From Isurus oxyrinchus (lineage: Eukaryota): a stretch of DNA of 64,000 nucleotides. The stretch's first letter is position 1. Each line of letters opens with the position of its first letter. A program made the translations under genes and the position numbers. Positions 37,941 through 48,600 of the stretch are shown piece by piece. A model generated the notes under the pieces. The model was given only the letters and a program-made list of their open reading frames with translations, was not told the origin of the DNA and made no database searches. The stretch lies in contig JANJGN010000027.1 of assembly GCA_026770705.1 (NCBI GenBank), positions 28,086,001 through 28,150,000 on the forward strand, in the 5' to 3' direction.

Positions 37941-40900
37941 CAGCGCTGGAAAATGTTGTGCTCGTGTCATTGTTCTTATGCACTTGTAGATGTTTTAACT
38001 AATGACTGAAACAGTAGACGCAGGAACAATGGTGAAATAGAGCAAGCTGGAAGATCGAAGAGTTGCAAACACTGCTCATCTCGCTAACAAAATAAAACGA
38101 ATCTGCCATGTGCAATAGGGTGTGACAGACATGATGACAGTCATTTCTCACTAACCAAAATTTCATTATGACAAGACCTTCTCCGGCGGCGCAATACCTT
38201 CCTGGGACAGATTCGGACTTGCAAAGTTTGTGATAGGTATTTGAGGAAATCAGGTGGGAATAGGTGAGGCCAATATGGATGTTGAAATTTTACAGATTTT
38301 GATTCATAGTCTACATTAATTCCAATGAATTTAAACCCGATAAGCAAAGAGCGCCTTAATAAACAGTACAGACTTTAAAATGTAGACTTTGCCCCAGTCC
38401 TTCGTATCTTTATTGTGAGTGTGCAGCAAACAATTTTAACGGACCTACCGGCTCTCCCAGAGAGATCTGTTTCAACTGAGGTGGAAACTTCATTCGACAC
38501 CTGCGTCTGAATTTATGAAATTGACAGTGTTAAATTTATATCTTAAATAGGCAGCTTCCTAAAATCACTCCGTGTGTCTGAATTTCCGGCAGATAAATAA
38601 ACAGATGTTAGTCAAACGTTTCATAATCCGGCAAAAAGTAGATGCTACAGTCCAGAAAAATGGCCTTTTTTCCCCTGATGTGAATTTGTTAATTGTCAGC
38701 CTTTAATGGATTGGTGTACATGCAGGGATCCAATCCCTGAATGAATCAGAGGGGTTGGGACTTATTGTGTACTCGAGTGGGCTGGACCTTTCAGCTCACA
38801 CACAGTGGTCGCGTCGTTTCGTGGCTGCCGATGATATTGGCATAAAATCAATCCTTCCAGCAAATGGGATCGCATAGCTTGGGTTTCGCCGAGGCTCTTC
38901 GTGCAACTGCAAGGACCTGGCCGCGTGTTTTCGAAGGAACTCTTAATCCTGACAGGTACAGGAACCACTAATCTTCGGTAAACTTACCCTATCCCCGGAT
39001 TTATTCATTTAAAGAGGGATTTGTTGTAAGTGATTGCTGGTATCGACTTGTTCCCATTGATAAATGTTTGAGCGTCTGTGTGCTTTTTTTTGAGTTGCCG
39101 CTTGCCTTTTGGCGTCCGAGATGTCATATTGTGTGTTGTATGTCCTCAATTGCTAATGTACGTGTTTGTATAGAATATGTATATAACTGAATGGGTTGTT
39201 GCTAAAACTGAAAATCCCCCGAATTGAGTCTATACACAGAGTTCAGCTTTACTCCGCATTATATGTATTTTAGGCGGCGCTTTGAACCTGTGTGCACTGT
39301 TTAAGAATGCTTGAATTCGGTGTTTGTTGGGGTTGTATCCGAACTTTCCTGAAGTCTGAATCTGTTAGCAGTGATCCAAGAGCGCGAGACTGCCTTCCTT
39401 TCAAGCCAGAATGACCTATTCCTTCATGTCCAGGGCTCGGTATCGAAGGCGTGTTAACAGCAGGATATTTTAAGAATGATTAATGAGCCACGGTTTACAG
39501 CCGTTTCTCCATTTAGACTGAAAGCGAATGTTATTTCTCTTGGCTAATGTGTGTAAAAAATGAAAATATTTCGAAACGGATTGCTTTACTTTCGCTGAAT
39601 GCTAAATTCTTGGTTTTTTTTATTAAACACTGTCATCGATCAATTTTGCGTTTCAAGTCAATATCTTTTAGGGGGAAAAAATTGCAGGAAGGAAACGATT
39701 TTACGAACTTCGTACAATTATTTGACCACATAAGCCTGTTTCAGGCTTGAAACAGAACTGTCACTTTCAACTATTACCTTCAGTGAAGGCAATGGGGAAC
39801 TTGTGAGCCGTTTCCAGACACAGGATCTGAATGAAATAAAACGTGTCAGGAAAGTTCCCAGCCTCGATAATATTTGGCTATAAAGGCGAGATGAGGCCAA
39901 TGTATGAGAACACATCATAAATAGATGTCACAATAGGTGTTACGAGTCCGATAAGATGGCCATATATTTGAGATGGTAATACCCAATGATTTATGTGAAG
40001 GCACAAGTAAGGTTTATTTCTCTCTCCCCACCACCCCCCCCCCCCCCCACCCCGCCACAGCACCACACCCCCACCACCACCACCCACCCCCCCCCCCCCC
40101 CCCCAACTCCACTCTCCCTCCCCCCACCACCATCCCCCGGGCAAGAATATAACAATTGTTTGCGCAGAAGTAACTTTCGGAATTATGTCACCGTTTTGCT
40201 GAGCGGACAGCCGTGAATCCAGCAACGTACATTCTTCCATTCAGCAACGCATCAAGAGCCGTCAGACCCACAATTTGACAAGGGTTTGAACGATGTTCAG
40301 ATTGTTGCTTTTCTGACATTAGCTGGGTGAAATTATTATTTTTTTAACTCAGCTCTGAGATGAAGAGGAAACACATTGAAAAAGAACCGCGCCTACTTTT
40401 TCAACCATTTTTAAAATGTGAAGAGATTTAGAAATCAAATCGCGTTCAAATAGTTTTTTTTTAAAAATCGTATAGCTTTTTACAGAACTTTTTTTTGTAT
40501 TCTTTCTGGAAATAATTAATGGGTTTGCCTGTTACTACCGAGCACTCGGGGCATAATTGAACACTCCAAGTGTTAGGGGCAGGTCATTTGAAATCGGTTT
40601 GGTTTCTGACGCTTATTTTCAGATCTAATCCAGGTAGAGGCCGAGAAAGAACATCCTCAGATAATGTATATGTGCACATTCTGCTGCCCGTGTATGGCTG
40701 GCCTGTGAACAAAAGGAATCTTTCACAATTGTGCCGAGTGGGTTCGGGTGGAAAATTGATGGCTAGCAGGTGCGCCCTAGCCACGGGAGACTCTGTATAA
40801 GACCCACAAACTTTCAGTTCACTGAAGAGACAAGGACCAAGTTGGAGAAAGTTACTGGAGACAAACCCGGGCATTTGGAGTTCAGTAAGACAGGGGCAAA

Positions 40901-41346
40901 CACCTCTATCAATCCCAATTTTAAACAAACAGTGGAATGACCGTGCAGGCACGGTAACTGCGAGCCTTTCAAGAAAATATAACGAGTTTTTCAGTTAATA
41001 GTGAGGCTCCTTTTACGGGAAATGACTGGTAAGTGTCACGGCATTGTCTGCATGCACGCGTTATTAAATTCGAAACAGATTGAGGCGAGTTTAAATAACA
41101 GCGAAATAACTGCAGAATTAATAGCTACAACTATGGCAAGTGTCGCTTTATTTTCTCAGAAGGAGCTGTTAAGAATTGCATTTCGAAGTAAATAAATATC
41201 TGTACAAACGAACCCGACTGAACATCAAACTCAAAATAATAACAAGTTCTCCACCGGGCATGTTTGGCCTGGTGAGAATATGCCGAGGGAGTCTAAACGA
41301 ATTCCATCGTCCATATTCATTAGCGAGATCATAAAAGTGTGATATA

Positions 41347-41511
41347 AAAACAGAAAGTGCTGGAAATGCTCAGCAATTCTGAAGAAGTCTTGCTGGACTC
41401 GAAACGTTATCTCTGAATCTCTCTCTCTACAGATGCTGCCAGACCTGCTGAATTTTTCCAGCACTTTCTGTATTTTTTGTTTCAGACTTCCAGCAGTATT
41501 TTGCTTTTATT
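41347..41511. mobile_element. Palindromic copy of the same family
   Basis: Arms cagaaagtgctggaaa and tttccagcactttctg; CTGAAGA at 41379-41385 and GAAACGTT at 41401; 16-bp flank duplication with 2 mismatches (41331-41346 and 41512-41527). Confidence 0.72.
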
Positions 41512-42639
41512 ATAAAATTGTGAAATATTCCCGAAAGTATTTTCATACGATCCACCCCTTATTTTAAATATAAATAAATGCATGCCTCTGATTCAAAAAT
41601 GTCCACGAAACAGCGGCATGTCACAAGAGTATGTAAAGCCGGGAGTTAGTCTTTTGAGTGAAATAAGCCAAACGATTGAAATTGCCTAGGTACTTAACGG
41701 TTCTCCATCAAATAAACTTTAGGAAATATACATATTTAAAAAGAGAACTGGCGCATGCAAATTGAGCCGAGTGACCGCTTATGCTATTCATCCTGCAAAT
41801 CCCACGGAAATTACACTGAACACTGGAAGGGTTTAACAAGAGAAATAAGAGTGGGCTTCTGCGAATTTCTGATATTGATTTTAACTATGAAATACACTTG
41901 GGCCTACTTCCCTTTCCAAAGGTCTTATATTGGGATCATCACAATAGGATCCGTCCTGAGGCTGGATAGCCGCATAGCCAGAGTGAGGATGATTAGATTT
42001 AAATAACATTCCGAACACATCATCTGGCCTCGGAGTTTTCTTTAGCCGCAACGAGGCGCAGATATTGTGTTCACTGGCAAGGCTTGTTGTTAGCTTTGGT
42101 GCCTGTGTACATTTGGGGCTCGCCGTGCAATGTGACCAAATACCAGTCCCTGGTCAGCAAACCCTCTCTGGGCCGCTTTACTGGCAAAAAAAAAATGTAA
42201 ATGCAAAGTAGAAAACAAGGAAAGGGACGAACGATAAACTGGAAGGTCTCACATAATGTCCAGCGCACATCTTGCGTTATGACTAACCGATTAATCAGCT
42301 AAAGACTTTGACTATCGGCATTCTCCAAGTGACATGCAAGGACACACAACCAAAAAAAAAAATCTGCTTGTTGCTGTTCCCGTTCGAACCCTGAAATGTC
42401 CCCACTATTGTCTCACACACCCTGGAGCCTCTGGCGCAAGGATTTGTCCCCTTTTTCCGCAATGCATTGAATTAACTCTCGCAACGGCTAGGAACACGAA
42501 TAAGCTCAGTCTCGGCTCAATATTGAATATTAATGCGTTCAAACAGATTGGATAATAAATGTGACTTGGAATTAAATGAAGTTGTTGCTGCTCTGCAGGT
42601 CCCCCCCCCCCCCACCCCCACCTCAACCTGAGGCAAGGC

Positions 42640-42990
42640 AGCTCTGCAGAAAAGAAACGCGCCTGACAGACGCAATCAGATGCAAATGGGAGCAGAAGAG
42701 CTGAAATTATCATCTACAAACATTCCGTCAAAATTCCATCTGCTCCGTCTCCCTCTATATCTATATGTATATATAGGGACAGCCCGGGAGGCGCCGCATC
42801 TTAATAAGTTATGGGACGGCAAATTGACACACATCTTAATCAAATCTTAATCCAAGAAATTAATTCACGGCGCGTTTATGATTTTTTTTCTCTCTCTTCC
42901 CCCTCCGTGGAAGGTGTTGTCAGATTGTATAAAACCACAGCTATGTCTCTGGCCACAGATGGGAGCATCTGACTCCATGGATTGGCGGAT
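42640..42990 (+). promoter_or_regulatory. Candidate PITX3 promoter or proximal enhancer
   Basis: TATAAAA 42928-42934, TAATCC 42848-42853 within three ATCTTAAT repeats, octamer ATGCAAAT 42680-42687, TGACAG 42664-42669, and several CAGATG/CATCTG E-boxes; about 1.8 kb upstream of the first coding exon. Confidence 0.5.
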
Positions 42991-43329
42991 AAGCTATTTG
43001 ACTTATTTTTTAACAAGTGACATTTTAAACATATACTAAACCTAGGTTATGGGCAACAAACATGTTCAGTTATTGTTTTATCCGAAGCCAAGGCAGTCTG
43101 ACCCTAACAAATATGGTGGCCTAGAATCTCAGTACAATGGCCTTTTGATTGTATTTATTTAAAATGATATTAAAGTCTTGACACGAGGTTCAAAGACAGC
43201 ATTGTATTGATTTTCAATTCGCAGAAAATTTCGTTTGAGACAGAGCAAACGCCTTAAAAAGAGGGAAAGCTGAATAATCCTAACACTGGAAACGCCCTAG
43301 AAGAATATCCTCGTCACTAAAGATCGGTA

Positions 43330-43472
43330 CAAGGCAGCAATCCCATGAAACATGTATATTTCCCTGGATTACAACAGTGACTATACTTCAAAAAGACTTA
43401 AATGGCAGTAAAGCGTTTAGGGATGTCCCAAGGATGTGACAGACGCTATATAAATGGATATATCTCTTTCTT
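43330..43472 (+). mobile_element. SINE 3' portion
   Basis: attacaacagtgactatacttcaaaa...gtaaagcgtttagggatgtcc...cgctatataaat. Confidence 0.65.
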
Positions 43473-44750
43473 GTTCAATGGGCCTGATATTGCAACTGAG
43501 AAAAAGCAACATTTTGATCCTGTTAGGTCTAGTAATTAATGTAAAACACTTTTTTGGGGGGATACATTTGCCGCGAAAGTAACTCTGGTTAAATTGTCAG
43601 GGGCCGCATTGTCATATGCTTTCAAGCAAGGGCGACGTACAAAATTAAACTAAACGTTCAATTAATAGAAATGTGAGTGATAAAAGCTGTCAAGTTATAC
43701 GTCATTGCAAGGCTTGAGACAGCCTGGAGACTCTGATGGACGTTACCGTCTGAATTTCTATCTTTAAAAATACAATATTTATATCGCATTTTATTACAAA
43801 TCTTAGCAACATCGTGCAACAAATTATTTTACGGAATACAGTGGCTATGGTTTAAGCAAACTATAGGCACGTGCCCTTGGAAACCAATCTCACCATGACA
43901 AAAGAAATAAGGTTTTGCATTTTTGGCGCTGGTCTACTAGTTATTCAGCTCCGATTTATCAGATTTAACTCAGCATTTAATTGTAAATTTAACACGTACA
44001 CATCACTGTCCTTGAAATAGATGCCATTACAAATAAACAGAAGCTGGGAATTTGCTCAGACTTTAATTCAATCGTTGAATTGTCAAGAGTGTGGTGCAGC
44101 ACGTAGCCCAGTGACACACACATCGTAACTAACCCTATTTTACGAAAAAATGTGTCCTGTCGCCTGATACTTGGGACCAAAGGAAGGATGATAATAATAA
44201 CTTAATGGAACAAGGTATTCCAATAAAAACGCCACAATGTGTATTTTACCAAGCTTGAAATTTTTAAAAGCATCAAAGCTGGTTGAAATTGACCAGGAGG
44301 AAAACTGATTGATGGTCGCCTCCTTAATTAGCATCAGATGGAAGTTATCCAGCTGAAGTTGTCTTCTGTCTGTCAATTCTCCGCTGAGAATTACCGCAAG
44401 TTTTTAACGAACAAGAAAAAAAAATCAGTGAAAACTAAGAGGCATTTGGTTAACTTTCAAACGAAATATCCTCACATATATTCTAACAGTCCCCTTTCCG
44501 AGTTTCAGCTGTAAACTCCAACCAGATCTAGATCACAGCTTCATAACCAATGCTGGTAACTAGAACTGAATTACAGTTTCTGAAATGGATTGATTCACAG
44601 CACAGTCAACCTGGGAAATCTAAACTGTGAACTGTCCATTGCAAAAGCTCGGTGCCCGCGCATAGCACATTGCTGAAAAGGAGGTATCTCTGGCTAGTGC
44701 GGCATTGCTGATGTGAATTGATCTCCTGTTTTGCAGGACAGGCTCATCGG

Positions 44751-44877
44751 ATGGAATACAACCTGTCGGGCGGGGTTCTGACCGACTCGGACGCTCCTGA
44801 TCACAGCCCTATGACTCTCTCAGACTCCGGGACCCCACAACGAGAAGCAATCTGCAAAACGCACCATGAAAGCAGCG
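44751..44877 (+). CDS. PITX3: PITX3 first coding exon (exon starts about 44737)
   Basis: ctgttttgcag|gacaggctcatcgg ATG; translates to MEYNLSGGVLTDSDAPDHSPMTLSDSGTPQREAICKTHHESS, then G|gtgagt. The LSDSGTP motif is characteristic of the Pitx3 N-terminus, and phase 1 fits the next exon. Confidence 0.92.
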
Positions 44878-45082
44878 GTGAGTTGATAACAGATCTGACT
44901 GCAGCTAATCAGAGGCAGGGGCAGAACTGACAGAGGCTTATTAAAGAGGCTGAAACCTAAAAGCTGCCCCCTTTCCCCTAAAAGGGGGGCAAATAACAAA
45001 AACCCGGAAGGATGACATTCAGTAGGAAAATAGGCCCAAGAATTCAGGCAGCTTCAGTGATTGAGTGTCCCAGTGTTAAACC

Positions 45083-45100
45083 GCGCGACCTCTAGTGGCT
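45083..45100 (-). promoter_or_regulatory. CTCF-like motif
   Basis: Reverse complement AGCCACTAGAGGTCGCGC closely matches the CTCF core CCACYAGRGGGCGC. Confidence 0.55.
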
Positions 45101-45179
45101 GCTGAGGTTAGTGAAGGGCCGCGAGGAAATAACAATCGGGGGTTCATTGTGTCCAGCTAAACAATGTCAATTGTAAAGA

Positions 45180-45330
45180 GAGAAAGATTTGTATTTATAT
45201 AGCGCTTTTCGCGACCGCTGGATGTCTCAAAACTCTTTACAGCCAATGGAGTACTTTGAGCTGTTGTAACGCAGGAAGCCCGCACTCAATTTGCGCGCAG
45301 CAAACTCCCACAAACAGCAATGTGATGAAG
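45180..45330 (-). mobile_element. SINE 3' portion
   Basis: gtatttatatagcgcttttc...ctttacagccaat...gcaaactcccacaaacagcaatgtgat. Confidence 0.7.
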
Positions 45331-45550
45331 ACCATTGTATCTCCAACATTTTTCTCTCTGGCCCCTGCTTATGCAAAGTTTAAAAAGCAATAATAAGAAG
45401 AAGATAATCGATATATGTTGCAAGTGAGCTTTCACCCCAGTGAAGGAAAGAACCGAAGAAAGCCGGCTTGAGCTGTGGCAAGGGGAGGAATCCTGTTGGG
45501 TTTGATACTCTTTCGAGCACAAACCCATTTCCATCTGTTTCAGATGAAGT

Positions 45551-45632
45551 TACATTGTTTCATAGTTTGCCATTGTGAGATTTGAACTCTCAATCTTGGG
45601 GTTACAAACCCAGTACCATAACCACTTGGCTA
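45551..45632 (-). mobile_element. tRNA-derived short element (SINE head)
   Basis: Reverse complement has A box TAGCCAAGTGG and B box GTTCAAATC; no convincing acceptor stem. Confidence 0.6.
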
Positions 45633-48600
45633 GCGGGCGGGCGCATGTCACCGTGTTAATGCAACACTGATGTGTCTGGGGTTTTTCCCGGTACGTTGCA
45701 CCGCTGTCTGGGCGCGCCATTATGTCTGGCTGGGTCAACTTCAACCCGCAATCAGCTTTGGGACTCTAGACGAAGAATAGGGAACAGAACCTTGTGTATT
45801 TGTTTCCAGGCAGTTGCACAAGAGGGATGAAAATTCCAGCAAAGTAGCGTCCAGTCACCTGCACTGAAACGGGTGTTAACCTGTTTTGTTTTTTGTGTGT
45901 GTGAATCACATATTGCGAAATGTTGTGAATCCAATTATCCCTTGCCGCTCAATGACAGTAGTTCGATTTAAAGTGATGCCCACCAGTCTCGCCTGCTCTC
46001 CAGTCGTGTGGGTTTGTTCTGTCGCAATGGGGGTGGGGGGGGGGGGGGCGGAGGAGGGTTAGTCGTGCAAAGGGCTCGGCTTTTCTGTGGTGGGCGCGAG
46101 TTGTTCGGGGGTGACTAAAGGCTGCAGAAAGTTAGAAGTTAGTGTTTGTTGAAATGTTAAAGTCAGCTGATAAAAATGTTGGATATATTCTTGCTGTAAT
46201 TACAGTACAGTCAGATGGATGATGAACATCCCTACTGTAAAAACGCGTATCATATGATATATCCTGCAATCCAACCTGGTTGTATTCAACCCGGCAAAGA
46301 AAATAAATATTGTCCACCAGGAATTGATTTGGAATCAAGACATTATATGTAAAGTGGAATAAATTTCGGTGTAAATCAGAGGAATTTCCCTTAAGAATTC
46401 CCAGAATCACCAGATTAATTGTGGCTCAATAGTGTGCTACACATTGTTCTAAGTCTGTTTCACGGATCTCTCCGGGGTAATTCCAGTCCCACAAAGCCAA
46501 CCTTATTCTGCTTCACATGCGGGGACAGTTCAGTTGAAATAATATTTTCGTTCTGGAGCGTGTTAACGCCGACAATTCACAGCAGATTTTGACCCCGATC
46601 AGGAGCCTTAATAAAAGTACCTGTGTGGTGGCGGTTTGATTTGACTGTGTGACAAGACTCATTAAAACGGAAGGTAATATCAAAGTGTAAGCATTTCCCG
46701 AAAAGCACGTTATACATCCGCATTTGCATCGAAGCCTTAAAATATTTTGAAATAATTCACCCTCTGACAAACAGACATTCCTATTCAAGCCAGATGACGG
46801 CATCGAGCCATTAATCAGGACCCTGCTCCTCTCCTCCTGTTTGGTAACCTCAACACAAACTGCGATGGAAAAATACATTCTTCCCTGTCCCGAAATAAAG
46901 ATAAATGTTCCTTCTTGGGGAGTCATTGGCTAAGAGTTTGGGAGAGATGTGGGTGTAAAATACACCACCCAGCAAGCCTTTCAAACTTGCATCGCATCTC
47001 ATACACTTACAGCTAGTAGCCACTCACTAAAGGTCAAAGTCTGCAGTATTTTAAAAATAAAAATCCTCTTTTAAATTCTCAATATGTACTGTAGGCTGCC
47101 TGCAAGGTCGAAATAGGCGTCGTTTTGGGTGATATGGCCTCCCGAGTTTTAATAAGGATTAGTAGAAATCGCCGACACGGTATAACACACATTTCTCGAA
47201 AGGTCTAATCAGGACAGGTCATTTCCGGATTGCAAATACAGACAGCACCATATTTTCAACATCCTTTTTATTTTCCCAGCGCCGGGACGTGAGGTGAGGA
47301 GAAAGGGGCAGATCCTGTAGTTCCCGGCTTTAGAAGTGGGATTTTTAATTGAATTGAAACGAGTTGATTAAAAAGGGATTGACGGCGCCGCGATCTGGCA
47401 CGCAATGAGCTCTCTGTTTAAAAACCATCAAAATATTTACTTTCCAAAAGCTAATCTTTCACTGACAGATCAGTCACATCTTTATTTGGTGGAAGTCTGG
47501 ACACAAAAAAAAAGAGCGATGGAAAGAAAGGGATAAAGGCTGGGAGGGTTAAAAAGAGAGCGAGATGCACTGCAAGCAGAGAGGGTCTCTCACAATCTTC
47601 ACTTGAAATCACATTTCCAGCGGCCTTTGTGACTTGTGTTGAAATCTGGCTCGCTTCAGGCTGATCGGTTTTACTCTTGGCAGGGATTTAAATACTGACC
47701 CAATTGCGATATTTGCGGATCAATTTAGGCGCGATAGCAAAATGATACACGCATTGGACTGTTTGCGTGTTTTGGAGGAATTTGGCTAAGGATTTTTTTT
47801 CTATTTGTAAATCACTTGAGCATTGTTTGATGTTATGCTTCGGTACAAGAAAGATGGCGCGAAACGAGAGTGAATATGTATACGATAGCTTGATTATCAT
47901 AGACTCATGTCCGATTCGAGATGAGGGATCATATTTTGGATAGAATTATGTCAGTAAATACAGTTGTTTACCAGCTACCGGCACACCCGAAAAGTGAGGG
48001 TCGTTTTACAATTCAACTCTTAAGCTCTGGACAATATGATCCTAAATTTGGCCTAAATTTAAATCTAATTTAATTGTGGATATAGACAAACATGTAATTC
48101 TAAAGCGAGTTGGATTCTTTGTTTAAAACGAGAGAACGAAGGCATTGCACAAACACGCTATATCTGAAAAAATCTGGAACAAATAAATTAAAACTAAACC
48201 ACCTGACGGCTAGAAAATAAATACATGTTTACCTTAATTTGTTTTTAATGAACTGACACCAGGCAGGACTCCAACAAGTGCAGTGGAACTCCATTGGACT
48301 TTAATTAATAGGTTACATGCTCTCAATTTGAAATCCGAGTGAATATGAACGAGCTCTCTTCCCACACATTCAGACAAACCTGCATCCAGCAAGGAAAGGG
48401 AGGGAGAGTGAGTAGAGCCTGGGCTCAAATGTTGGGGCTCTCTTCTTCAAATATAATTCGGTTAGATGCTTTCAGGACATAATGAAATAAATATTAATCC
48501 CCTCTCTCTTTTACGATGCGATTGGATTAAAGAGATTAAAATGCATGCGCATACTGTGATTATGAAAATCCAACTCGAATAAAGCATTCTCTCTGCTGGG

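Noticed and set aside
45551-45632. Functional tRNA gene
   Set aside because: Has A and B boxes but no proper acceptor stem; consistent with a SINE head.
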